This document shows positions 1 through 12,683 of a DNA stretch of 64,000 nucleotides, in pieces; position 1 is the stretch's first letter, and every line of letters starts with the position of its first letter. The notes under the pieces are model-generated. The model saw only the letters and a list, made by a program, of their open reading frames with translations, was not told the DNA's origin and did not search any database. The position numbers and the translations under genes were made by a program. Source of the DNA: Macrostomum lignano (Eukaryota); assembly GCA_002269645.1 (NCBI GenBank), contig NIVC01000446.1, positions 496,001 through 560,000 of the forward strand, in the 5' to 3' direction.

Positions 1-3000
1 TCAATGGTCTCCTCAGTTGTCTCCTCGGTGGTCTGCTCGATCTCCTGAGAAGTCTCAATGGACTCCTCAGTTGTCTCCTCGGTGGTCTGCTCGATCTCCT
101 GAGAAGTCTCAATGGTCTCCTCATTTGTCTCCTCGGTGGTCTGCTCGATCTCCTGAGAAGTCTCAATGGTCTCCTCAGTTGTCTCCTCGGTGGTCTGCTC
201 GATCTCCTGAGAAGTCTCAATGGTCTCCTCAGTGGTCTGCTCGATCTCCTGAGAAGTCTCAATGGTCTCCTCAGTGGTCTGCTCAAACTCCCGAGAAGTC
301 TCAATGGTCTCCTCAGTTGTCTCCTCGATCTCCTGAGAAGTCTCAATGGTCTCCTCAGTGGTCTGCTCGATCTCCTGAGAAGTCTCAATGGTCTCCTCGG
401 TTGTCTGACCAATGTCAGTTGTATCTATGGTCTGCTCAATGGTCTGCCCGATAATCTGCTGTGTCCCAGAGTTCGTACTGGTGACCCTTCCTGTCTCTGT
501 AGTCACTGAGTCCACTATTCGGTTTCTTTTAATTTTGTAGATTTCCGTCTCGAAGTAAAAGTCGCTGCTTTCAACGGACTTCTCTGAGCCGCTAACTGTT
601 GTTAGCAGCTCAGTCGATTCTTCGATGTTTCGAGAACCTCTGCACCGGAACTCTCCGAAAGATTCTGTCTCTCTGCCAGTGGATGTGCCGGTTATAACGT
701 AGGCATAGCCAGCGACTTCAGAATCGTCCGAGTTGACTGAGGCATGCGTTGATGCTGTTGTCCTTTTTCTGGACTCCTCAACGGTTTTCTCGATCTCCTG
801 AGACGTCTCAATTGTCTCCTCAGTTGTCTCCTCGGTGGTCTGCTCGATCTCCTGAGAAGTCTCAATGGTCTCCTCAGTAGTCTCCTCAGTGGTCTGCTCA
901 ATCTCTTGAGAAGTCTCAATGGTCTCCTCAGTTGTCTCCTCGGTGGTCTGCTCGATCTCCTGAGAAGTCTCAATGGTCTCCTCAGTTGTCTCCTCGGTGG
1001 TCTGCTCGATCTCCTGAGAAGTCTCAATGGTCTCCTCAGTTGTCTCCTCGGTGGTCTGCTCGATCTCCTGAGAAGTCTCAATGGTCTCCTCAGTTGTCTC
1101 CTCAGTGGTCTGCTCGATCTCCTGAGAAGTCTCAATGGTCTCCTCAGTAGTCTCCTCAGTGGTCTGCTCAATCTCTTGAGAAGTCTCAATGGTCTCCTCA
1201 GTTGTCTCCTCGGTGGTCTGCTCGATCTCCTGAGAAGTCTCAATGGTCTCCTCATTTGTCTCCTCGGTGGTCTGCTCGATCTCCTGAGAAGTCTCAATGG
1301 ACTCCTCAGTTGTCTCCTCGGTGGTCTGCTCGATCTCCTGAGAAGTCTCAATGGTCTCCTCAGTTGTCTCCTCGGTGGTCTGCTCGATCTCCTGAGAAGT
1401 CTCAATGGTCTCCTCAGTTGTCTCCTCGGTGGTCTGCTCGATCTCCTGAGAAGTCTCAATGGTCTCCTCAGTGGTCTGCTCGATCTCCTGAGAAGTCTCA
1501 ATGGTCTCCTCAGTTGTCTCCTCGGTGGTCTGCTCGATCTCCTGAGAAGTCTCAATGGTCTCCTCAGTTGTCTCCTCGGTGGTCTGCTCGATCTCCTGAG
1601 ACGTCTCAATGGTCTCCTCAGTGGTCTGCTCGATCTCCTGAGAAGTCTCAATGGTCTCCTCGGTTGTCTGACCAATGTCAGTTGTATCTATGGTCTGCTC
1701 AATGGTCTGCCCGATAATCTGCTGTGTCCCAGAGTTCGTACTGGTGACCCTTCCTGTCTCTGTAGTCACTGAGTCCACTATTCGGTTTCTTTTAATTTTG
1801 TAGATTTCCGTCTCGAAGTAAAAGTCGCTGCTTTCAACGGACTTCTCTGAGCCGCTAACTGTTGTTAGCAGCTCAGTCGATTCTTCGATGTTTCGAGAAC
1901 CTCTGCACCGGAACTCTCCGAAAGATTCTGTCTCTCTGCCAGTGGATGTGCCGGTTATAACGTAGGCATAGCCAGCGACTTCAGAATCGTCCGAGTTGAC
2001 TGAGGCATGCGTTGATGCTGTTGTCCTTTTTCTGGACTCCTCAACGGTTTTCTCGATCTCCAGAGACGTCTCAATTGTCTCCTCAGTTGTCTCCTCGGTG
2101 GTCTGCTCGATCTCAGTAGTCTCAATTGTCTCCTCAGTAGTCTCCTCAGTGGTCTGCTCAATCTCCTGAGAAGTCTCAATGGTCTCCTCAGTTGTCTCCT
2201 CGGTGGTCTGCTCGATCTCCTGAGAAGTCTCAATGGTCTCCTCAGTTGTCTCCTCGGTGGTCTGCTCGATCTCCTGAGAAGTCTCAATGGTCTCCTCAGT
2301 TGTCTCCTCAGTGGTCTGCTCGATCTCCTGAGAAGTCTCAATGGTCTCCTCAGTTGTCTCCTCGGTGGTCTGCTCGATCTCCTTAGAAGTCTCAATGGTC
2401 TCCTCAGTGGTCTGCTCGATCTCCTGAGAAGTCTCAATGGTCTCCTCAGTGGTCTGCTCGATCTCCTGAGAAGTCTCAATGGTCTCCTCAGTTGTCTCCT
2501 CGGTGGTCTGCTCGATCTCCTGAGAAGTCTCAATGGTCTCCTCAGTTGTCTCCTCGGTGGTCTGCTCGATCTCCTGAGAAGTCTCAATGGTCTCCTCAGT
2601 TGTCTCCTCAGTGGTCTGCTCGATCTCCTGAGAAGTCTCAATGGTCTCCTCAGTTGTCTCCTCGGTGGTCTGCTCGATCTCCTGAGAAGTCTCAATGGTC
2701 TCCTCAGTGGTCTGCTCGATCTCCTGAGAAGTCTCAATGGTCTCCTCAGTGGTCTGCTCGATCTCCTGAGAAGTCTCAATGGTCTCCTCAGTTGTCTCCT
2801 CGGTGGTCTGCTCGATCTCCTGAGAAGTCTCAATGGTCTCTTTAGTTGTCTCCTCGGTGGTCTGCTCGATCTCCTGAGAAGTCTCAATGGTCTCCTCAGT
2901 GGTCTGCTCGATCTCCTGAGAAGTCTCAATGGTCTCCTCAGTGGTCTGCTCGATCTCCTGAGAAGTCTCAATGGTCTCCTCGGTTGTCTGACCAATGTCA

Positions 3001-4560
3001 GTTGTATCTATGGTCTGCTCAATGGTCTGCCCGATAATCTGCTGTGTCCCAGAGTTCGTACTGGTGACCCTTCCTGTCTCTGTAGTCACTGAGTCCACTA
3101 TTCGGTTTCTTTTAATTTTGTAGATTTCCGTCTCGAAGTAAAAGTCGCTGCTTTCAACGGACTTCTCTGAGCCGCTAACTGTTGTTAGCAGCTCAGTCGA
3201 TTCTTCGATGTTTCGAGAACCTCTGCACCGGAACTCTCCGAAAGATTCTGTCTCTCTGCCAGTGGATGTGCCGGTTATAACGTAGGCATAGCCAGCGACT
3301 TCAGAATCGTCCGAGTTGACTGAGGCATGCGTTGATGCTGTTGTCCTTTTTCTGGACTCCTCAACGGTTTTCTCGATCTCCTGAGACGTCTCAATTGTCT
3401 CCTCAGTTGTCTCCTCGGTGGTCTGCTCGATCTCAGTAGTCTCAATTGTCTCCTCAGTAGTCTCCTCAGTGGTCTGCTCAATCTCCTGAGAAGTCTCAAT
3501 GGTCTCCTCAGTTGTCTCCTCGGTGGTCTGCTCGATCTCCTGAGACGTCTCAATGGTCTCCTCAGTAGTCTCCTCAGTGGTCTGCTCAATCTCCTGAGAC
3601 GTCTCAATGGTCTCCTCAGTTGTCTCCTCGGTGGTCTGCTCGATCTCCTGAGAAGTCTCAATGGTCTCCTCAGTTGTCTCCTCGGTGGTCTGCTCGATCT
3701 CCTGAGAAGTCTCAATGGTCTCCTCAGTGGTCTGATCAATCTCCTGAGAAGTCTCAATTGTCTCCTCAGTGGTCTGCTCAATCTCCTGAGAAGTCTCAAT
3801 GCTCTCCTCAGTGGTCTGCTCGATCTCCTGAGAAGTCTCAATGGTCTCCTCAGTTGTCTCCTCGGTGGTCTGCTCGATCTCCTGAGAAGTCTCAATGGTC
3901 TCCTCATTTGTCTCCTCGGTGGTCTGCTCGATCTCCTGAGAAGTCTCAATGGTCTCCTCAGTTGTCTCCTCGGTGGTCTGCTCGATCTCCTGAGAAGTCT
4001 CAATGGTCTCCTCAGTTGTCTCCTCGGTGGTCTGCTCGATCTCCTGAGAAGTCTCAATGGTCTCCTCAGTTGTCTCCTCGGTGGTCTGCTCGATCTCCTG
4101 AGAAGTCTCAATCGTCTCCTCAGTTGTCTCCTCAGTGGTCTGCTCAATCTCCTTAGCAGTCCCAATGGTCTCCTTAGTTGTCTCCTCAGTGGTCTGCTCG
4201 ATCTGAGTAGTCTCAATGGTCTCCTCAGTTGTCTCCTCAGTGGTCTGCTCGATCTCCTGAGAAGTCTCAATGGTCTCCTCATTTGTCTCCTCAGTGGTCT
4301 GCTCGATCTCCTTAGAAGTCTCAATGGTCTCCTGAGTTGTCTCCTCAGTGGTCTGCTCGATCTCAGTAGTCTCAATGGTCTCCTCAGTTGTCTCTTTAGA
4401 GGTCTGCTCAATCTCCTGGGAAGTCTCAATGGTGTCCTCAGTTGTCTCTTTAGAGGTCTGCTCAATCTCCTGGGAAGTCTCAATGGTGTCCTCAGTTGTC
4501 TCCTCGGTGGTCTGCTCAATCTCCTGAGAAGTCTGAATCTTCTCCTGAGTTGCCCGTTCA
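1..4560 (-). repeat. Coding tandem repeat: 54-bp (18 aa) and 42-bp (14 aa) units nested in ~1.26-1.32-kb super-repeats
   Basis: Units TSQEIEQTTEETTEETIE and TSQEIEQTTEETIE. A near-identical ~380-bp spacer recurs at ~407, ~1670 and ~2990 (offsets 1263 and 1320, both multiples of 3). Confidence 0.95.
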
Positions 4561-6421
4561 GTCTCCTCAGTAGTCTCAGTGCACTCTTCAGTTGTGTGCT
4601 CGATTTCTTCAGCGGTCGGGATCGTAGAAGCTTGTTTTGTTGTTTCGGCATACTCTTCTTTGCTCTCCGACTTTATTTTGCGATAGCGCTTCTTCTCTGG
4701 GTCTGTAGTAGTTATTGTAGATTGAATTTCGATGCCAACCAGATCCTGATTAACTGGAAGAAATTCGGTTTCAAGCGACTCTTCAGTCGGACTATCCCTT
4801 GCTGTTCTTTTGTGAAGCACAGTCAGTTCAGCTTTCTCCTCGTTTGTTCGAACGGCGCTCACGCTGAGATCGGCAGTTGTAGTTTTCGTAGCATCAGTGA
4901 CAAATGATGACTCTGCATTCTTTTCGGACTGCATTGTGACGATAGTCGTGGTTTTGATTGTAGTTGTTGTTGAGTTTTCATCCCAAGAATTTTTATCAAG
5001 CTGGCTGTTTTCATGCTCAATGGTCTTTTCAAGTGTGGATTTTGTGACTGCATCTTCTGAGGTAAGAACTGCTGCCTGTTTTTCCGTCACGTCTACCTCC
5101 AAGTAGCGGCACACCCAAGTTGAGCAGGCGGCAGTGCTTTCCTCTGTTACATACTTGACAGAATGGTTGGCTGGAATGAATAGATCGGCCCAGAGAGCAT
5201 TGATGTCCACACAGTTCGGCGCCTTACTGTCCATTTTTGCGTAGCGATCGATCTCGCCAGCGAATGATTTAGAAAACCAAGTTCCTCCCAAGGCTGGTTC
5301 AACAGACTTTTGTAGGATGTGCTCACTCTCTGCAGTTGAAAAGGCAGATTTTTGCTCTTTCATAGCCGAATTTGAAGAAAACTTTTTCACGACTTTAGAG
5401 CCCCTTGCTTCTCCTTTTCCAACAGTCGTCACAATTGTTCGAGTCTTCACGGTTGTCAGATAGGTGGAGGTTCGCTCTGCGTCTTGAGCGACGTCGGTAT
5501 ACTGAGACGCTGCAATTGAAGCCGGGTATCCAGAGTCCTCAGTCAGCTCATCCACCATTTCAATTGTAGCGTCACTTTCCGCACCATCTGAGCTTCGTTC
5601 CAGAGCTCCGTCAGCTCGCAGTTCTTCAGTCAGTTCCGAGGTCTCGACCATTGTTGCATCAGTCAACGTGTCATCGATTTCGCTACCATCAATCGTCAAG
5701 TCGGTTGTAATATCTGTTTCGTCGGCACTATCCGCTTCGGTGCGAATGCCCTGCTTCTTTACCACAACTGTCACATTTCCAGTGGTAATTACTTCACATT
5801 CAGAGCTTGTCTGATTCGAATTTCCAGCTACCTTGGTAGACAGCGAGTCAGTAGTTTCGGAATCAATAGTGTCTTTTGTGACTACGGTGGGGCAGACAGT
5901 CACCGATGGTTCGAGTTGGTAAATATTTAGCTTCACCATGCTATTATCTGTCGATTCGTCCGTCTTTCCGGTGCCAACATTCTGATCGAATGATTCATTG
6001 ACATCTTGTTCTGTCACAAATACGAATTCATCGGTAATCGATTGGTCCTTCTGTGCTCTTACAGATTGGGTTGTAGAAATTTTCTGCGTCGAATCTTCAC
6101 TCTGTTCCGTCACTTCCTTTGTTCCTATTTTTTGCGTTCGCTCGGATCCACCGACAGAAATATCATCATTGCCTTCTTTCATGACTTCGATTGTCATCTC
6201 CGTTACTAGTTGCTCCTCAGCCCTCGGCGAATTCTCTGTGATTCCTTTCACAGTCACTCTAGTGCTGGCTTCGCCTGTTCGTGACTCAGAAGCGGCCGAA
6301 GCAATGTTGGTCGTGATGATAGTCTCCTCTGTCACTTCTTTCGTTTTAGTAGTGGATGATAGTTCAGTGGTAGATTTGCGCTGCGAACTCTCCATAGTAG
6401 ATGTTGAGGTGATTGTACTTT
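1..6421 (-). CDS. Giant exon (3'-partial) of a Thr/Glu-rich repetitive protein
   Basis: The minus-strand frame shows no stop wherever I translated it (4560-6421, a 421-790 spacer copy and the repeat units). It is absent from the ORF track because it runs off the window. Acceptor catttttag|AA at 6421 (phase 1). Unique part ESTITSTSTMESSQRK...TAEEIEHTTEEC, then TSQEIEQTTEETTEETIE repeats. Confidence 0.85.
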
Positions 6422-8461
6422 CTAAAAATGGTTCGCCAGTAGCATATTTCCATAACTTGCGCACTTACGTAATAATGAGTAGGAAACAATCTACCGTATT
6501 TTTAGCTTTAAAACTTATCTTACCGTTTATTTTTCCGTTAGTAACACATGCAGGTGAATATTCACGCAAAACAGTATGGATGGAACGATGTATAAAGAGG
6601 GGGGTTTCACAAACTCGAAATTTCAAAACGTCGAAAGCACCTTCTTTCACAAGATCGAAATTTCACTAGGTCGAAATTTCGAGTGAAAGCACCCCTATAA
6701 AGATAACCCGCTGAAAACGTTACTGTGACCAGAATTGCTAAAGAGTCATCGCAAACAACTCACTAGTGACTCTAGAGACTCTTAGGCGACCTTTGTGACT
6801 TTTCAACGACTCAAACGACTGCGATGCGACCGAGAGGCGACTGTTGCGTCAACAATTAGCGCATCACGTGAGTCGTAGTATCCTAAAAAAGTCTCGAAAA
6901 ATTTGAAAGTACTAGCGCTTAACTAAGTGAGTCGTTTCTGAGTCGCAGACAATAAAACGTCTCAAATTGACACTTTGGCGACTTTTTGATGACTTTTTGG
7001 CGACTCACTACCGTGACATCTAGTCACGTTGCCAGAGTTGTGACGTTTAGAGTTGTGACGTTGCCAGTTTCAGTAGCCCCGCCAAGGGCCGTTTTGACAT
7101 ACGGTACCAATCTTTAATATTACCAGTCTCGTATTCTCACGTCTGCTTAAAGTAGTGCCCTAAAATTTTAATCAACTGCGCACAATTGTAAACTCTGCGT
7201 ACAGCGCGCGATCGATAATTTCTATTCCTGTTTTTCTCAGTTGGCCAATAGAAATGCACCGCATTAATTATACTAATTTCTCTCGCGCGCCACCCCCAGC
7301 CCGGTCCTTATCAGTTCTGTCTGGCCGTGCGCTCGGGGCCTTTTCACTTTCGCTCCTCCCGTTTGCCTCATTGCCTTTAGCTCCGCCGCCACCCCGTCTG
7401 GGGCCTTCGCCTGTTTCGACTTTGTTAGCCTCTCGCACCCTTGCGAGCCCGTGTAGCTTGTAGGCTCTGGCTGCCTTCACTTGGTCACTTGCCTTCTCTC
7501 CGCCACGGTTCTAGCCACGCCTCTGCCACTACCAGCCACGCCACTTCTACTTAAGCAAATTACTTTATTGTTGTGTAGCCGCGCATTGTTATTCAAAGTA
7601 CAAGACGTAACAATAAATTAAGTCTGCAACCAGCGTTCGTATTAACGCTAATCCAAATTACTGCCAAGTGCTACCGCTACAATTCCCCCTTTGCCACACT
7701 CATTTGTCTTCGCTCGTTCGCGAGGCCGCCACGCCAATATCGTCACAGAGTCTTCTCGAGTCACTTCTTTCTTATTTCACCTGTGTTACTTGCAACGACT
7801 CTGAGGCGACGGAGAAGACTTTGGGTTGGGATGCTTCTTGGCCTAGGTAACGTTTTCATCGGGTAATCTTGACAACATAAAATAGTATGCATTTAAACCA
7901 CGATTCTGAAGCAAACAATTCAGTTGGCCAGCTTTGGCATAGGCCTTGGTATAACAGCTTTGCTACTTTCAGTTCAGTAGCAAGGAAGAATGTGTTAGCT
8001 ATTTTTTTTAAGAAAAGAAAGGCGGTTGGACTGACTGAAGGTCATAAACAACTTTTTTATCGGTACAGCCTTACTAATGTACATTTAGCCAGCGCCGATA
8101 AAAATGTACATTGTAGCTTTTAGGCTAGATAGCGCAAAGGAGGACAGTAAAAACTGGGCGGAGAGAGGGAGGGGGTGGCTTTTCCTGGAAGGACGCTGTC
8201 GGTTGGCCGTTAGGTTAGTAGAATAGTAACATTGAATTAAAATTACTCCTACTAAAAATTCTACTTATTCTATTTAACTGAATCTGCTGCTTGGCCTAAC
8301 TAGACATTATAGCTATCTAGTGTTTGTCTATTTTTGTAATATTAACAACTAAACGACTAAGCTAGTAGTTAATCAGAGATGAAGCATTCTCTTTGTATTA
8401 CGATACCTACTGAACCATTGTAACAAAGGGCACCAGGGTTTTTGTTTGTTTAACTACGGCC

Positions 8462-8859
8462 CAGGGATCAGCAAACTTTTTAACCTCAAAGGCCAGATGG
8501 AGAACCTAGAGAATGACTGCGCGCCGGAGGAGGGGAGAGAGGAGAGGGAATAATAAAGCGATAATGGAGATAAGAGGAGAGGCGAGAGAATAAAGGAGAA
8601 GAGAGGATGAGAGAGAAGAGGGGAGATACGAGAGGAGAGGAGAGGGAAGAGAAGAGAGAAGAGAAGACAGAAGAGGAGAGGAAAGGAGAGAGGAGAGGAG
8701 AGGAGTGAAGAGGAGAGTAGAGATATAAGAGATATAAGAGAAGAGATATAAACATTGAGCGGACCGGATTCCTATTGTGAACTTTCAAAGGATCCAAAGG
8801 GCCGGATGGAGCCCTTGCGGGCTGCATGTAGCCCTCGGGCTGGAGTTTTCCCAACCATG
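8462..8859. mobile_element. Degenerate hAT-like non-autonomous element (MITE)
   Basis: Ends CAGGGATCAGCAAACT and AGTTTTCCCAACCATG (11/16 inverted match). Subterminal gggccggat...gcgggctgcatgtagccctcgggc resembles hAT MITE ends. AG-rich interior. Only an offset 7/8 flanking direct repeat (aactacgg/aactacgc). Confidence 0.45.
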
Positions 8860-9039
8860 AACTACGCGAACAGCCTATTATTTAGGCCCTTAGTGATAAC
8901 TAAGGCTACTATAAACATCAAGGATGACACATGTGTGGTATGATAAGAAACAGTTAATGAAAGGCTAAACGATTCCGAATGCATTAAAAAGGCAAAATGG
9001 ATATTCATGCAAAGCTAAAAAAACAGTTGAAAATCTTAC

Positions 9040-9676
9040 CTGAGGAGCCCTTAGAGATTGCTTCTCCGTGCAAATTGCGCTTGATGACGAAGCGATAGGC
9101 GCTGCTGGTGCTACCGAAGCACTTGCCGCCCGAAACGGACACCGAGTTGTCGAATTCTTGCTCGTTGTAGCCTTCGGAGGCTTCCGTCGAATACCGGTCG
9201 ATGCAGCGACCTTCGACGACTCGCTCGTCTACAAACTCGACCTCGCCGTCGCCTTCGCCTTCGGGCAGTAGTACCTCGTACTTTTGCCCGAACGTCTCGT
9301 CGATGGAGTTTGACGAAGTTGACTCGTCCTCGTCTAGGAGTGGGCACGCCTCGGCCACCGTCGCCTCGACTGTAATCGACGTTCTCACCGGCTTGTCACT
9401 TGTTGCCGATTCGACAGTCTCAGTCCTGGTCTCAGCCAATTCCTGCTGGCTCTCCTCGCCCTTCTCAGTGACTACCATGGTCACGTCATCGGACAGAATG
9501 CGCTCGTGGATTACAACTCCGCTTTGTCCGATTGTTTCAGCCGACTTCTGCTCCTGCCAGATCGCCTTCGATTGGCTCTCCGACTGCTGCTTCGGCTGCT
9601 GCTCTTGACGTCTTTGCTTCTGCTGCGACAGCTTCTGCTGTCGCGTCTCTCTCTGCCTATCAGCCATTCCGCGTTC
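9040..9676 (-). CDS. Probable upstream exon of the giant Thr/Glu-rich protein (Q/R-rich start, then E/T/S-rich)
   Basis: ORF 9005-9667 (MADRQRETRQQ...). Acceptor ctctttggcag|GAA at 9676 (phase 0). Donor TCA G|gtaaga at 9040 (phase 1) matches the phase-1 acceptor at 6421. Confidence 0.7.
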
Positions 9677-10629
9677 CTGCCAAAGAGTTCGGTGCTGACA
9701 AAAGCTTTGGCACCGATTTGGTCAGGAAAATGAAGGGAGGGTTGAAAAACAGCTAAAAAACTGTGCCTCGAAAGTTCGACAATTTTTTTTCACTAGTATC
9801 GCTCGATGCAACTCTGCGTCGTCTGCTGTCTCTGTTTAAATAGAGCTCGCCGCGCGCCAGCAATCTCAACTCCCCTCCCCACCTGCGGCAAACTCGTGTA
9901 TTGTTGGTTTTCGAGATGGCGCGATTTGTTAGCTCTAGGCGCAAACTCTAAAAAGCAGACGTCACCAAGCCCTTATTGTCCATCCAGTGGCTTATAGAAA
10001 ACATACCGCGGGCGAGGGGGGGGAAGGCTAAAGAGAGTGGGCCATTGTCTGAGCAGACTAGCTATTTCGCAATCTTAGAGTGCGCTCCTGCAAAAATGGA
10101 CTTTGCTTTGAATAGAGATTTGCCACTAAAATGGGACTTGCTCGTAAATGCAGGGCAGGGGCTAGCGAACCAAAAAGTGGCAGTTTTAGGGTCTGTATTA
10201 CATCAGTTCGGCAGAGAACTGGTTAACTGGTTTAGACTAGTTTGCGTTTTTGTGTCAGACCAGTTGGATGTTCTTCAGGTACATTTCTGGTGTTTTTCCG
10301 CTTCATTTGCCTGCTGCGAAATGGCCCCCAGGCAAGGTGGCCCTGTTTTTGGCATTCTGCCCCTGAAGCAAAATGCATCTCTGCACCTGTGCTCACTGAA
10401 GTAGAACCGAGATAAAAAGCTAGGATTGGAGTTTTAAATGGGGGACGATGCAAGGAGAGTTAAACAGTGATTGTGGGGCATTGTGTTAGCATTGGAGCTT
10501 TACGTCCCCACGCACTTTCCGCTGACGCAGATGGGGAAACATTTTCACTTCACGTGACACTTTTTATTACCTTAACAAAGATCTTTTAGGTTTTTGTAAA
10601 TGTTTCTCAAATCTTTCTGACCAAATCAC

Positions 10630-11517
10630 CTGACTGACTGACTGACTGACTGACTGACTGACTGACTGACTGACTGACTGACTGACTGACTGACTGACTG
10701 ACTGACTGACTGACTGACTGACTGACTGACTGACTGACTGACTGACTGACTGACTGACTGACTGACTGACTGACTGACTGACTGACTGACTGACTGACTG
10801 ACTGACTGACTGACTGACTGACTGACTGACTGACTGACTGACTGACTGACTGACTGACTGACTGACTGACTGACTGACTGACTGACTGACTGACTGACTG
10901 ACTGACTGACTGACTGACTGACTGACTGACTGACTGACTGACTGACTGACTGACTGACTGACTGACTGACTGACTGACTGACTGACTGACTGACTGACTG
11001 ACTGACTGACTGACTGACTGACTGACTGACTGACTGACTGACTGACTGACTGACTGACTGACTGACTGACTGACTGACTGACTGACTGACTGACTGACTG
11101 ACTGACTGACTGACTGACTGACTGACTGACTGACTGACTGACTGACTGACTGACTGACTGACTGACTGACTGACTGACTGACTGACTGACTGACTGACTG
11201 ACTGACTGACTGACTGACTGACTGACTGACTGACTGACTGACTGACTGACTGACTGACTGACTGACTGACTGACTGACTGACTGACTGACTGACTGACTG
11301 ACTGACTGACTGACTGACTGACTGACTGACTGACTGACTGACTGACTGACTGACTGACTGACTGACTGACTGACTGACTGACTGACTGACTGACTGACTG
11401 ACTGACTGACTGACTGACTGACTGACTGACTGACTGACTGACTGACTGACTGACTGACTGACTGACTGACTGACTGACTGACTGACTGACTGACTGACTG
11501 ACTGACTGACTGACTGA
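10630..11517. repeat. (GACT)n microsatellite, ~220 units
   Basis: Uninterrupted tetranucleotide run. Confidence 0.99.
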
Positions 11518-12080
11518 GGTAATCTCAAATGGATCCCGGTTTCCTCGGCTGACCTGCTGGCCAAGTCTGGCTCTGCCGGGACGCTTCTGAGGCCGGACCC
11601 AGTAGCTCCATCCCCGTCTCGGTGATCAACTCTGTGAGCAAAAATTTATGTCAAAGCTGCTGATGCCAGCTTTGTGCAACTGCTCAGCACACTGGTTGAT
11701 GGCCATGACTTTGGATTAAAAAACCGAGACATTCTTACCGACATGAAGACTCTCTGGCAGGATAGCCTCACCCTTGTGGAAAACGGAAATGCGGGATTGT
11801 CTGGAAGTGAGAATTCATGGTAATGGCCATAGACACGAGCCGTTCCAGCTAACTTCCAGCGGTTTTCTCACTTCCAGCTAACTTCATTGGTCTATTTGTC
11901 CATCAGGATCCGAGTGGGAATGGGGAATGGGGCTGTTGGGGGCGAAAACCCCACTAACAACCATAGACTATTTTATTTTGCGCTCATAGACTCGTTCGTT
12001 TTCTAAAATGATATCCCATGCAGTAAATAGCTTTAATTTCAATTTCAAACAATGACCGGTCATTGCTTGAATGCCATTAC

Positions 12081-12683
12081 CTTAACGTAAATTACCATAG
12101 ACATTTTGAGTAATACCCGCGCCAGCCAGGCCGTCGCACAGGGATCCGTCAGTGAAGCAGTGAATGCCGCGACTTCTCCGGCATTGGTGCCCACGTCTGG
12201 TGGGTAGTTCCAGAGTAGCTCGTACATTTGAAGCCCTTCCTGAGAATTAGTGAGGGGGGGTTTACAGTTCACCACGTTTAAATTGAGGTGGATGTGTTGA
12301 ACGTCGCGACTGATATAATCCAGGTGTGGAATGAGTGTCTTCTCAGGCGTGAAGCCCGAGGGGAAATTAGTAATGAACTTGTCACAAATTAGACACTTCT
12401 GATGCGGACCCAGTAGCTCCACACCCGTTTCGGTGATCAACTCCCGCTTCAGGGTTAACCCCGAGTATCTTCGCAGATGGCACAATTCACCTGGAATTAC
12501 AGACAATCGCGTGTCCCTCTCCCCTCTTGCGATTTCTGAGTTCTTCCCCACAGTTGGCGACGAGGGCCGCGCTGCAGGCAAGACCCACGGGTGTGCCCGA
12601 GAAACATTACTTTGGTCGCCAGGGGTTTGCGAACCGGGCAGTTCCCTCCTCCTCCTCGCTGCATCCGCCACGATCGGTGCCCC
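12081..12683 (-). CDS. Internal exon (201 codons) of unknown function, possibly part of the giant repeat-protein gene
   Basis: Open frame within ORF 12060-12707, bounded by acceptor cttaacttatctgcag|GGG and donor GTT AAG|gtaatg. Phase 0 at both ends. Confidence 0.5.

Noticed and set aside
17-4651. Arg-rich, SPRW and LLxx ORFs listed in the track
   Set aside because: Alternative-frame or antisense shadows of the Thr/Glu coding repeat; they are interrupted by stops while the T/E frame stays open.
10626-11564. 312-aa SQSV ORF, and the IYLS ORFs at 54723-55121 and 60987-61875
   Set aside because: Translations of pure microsatellites.
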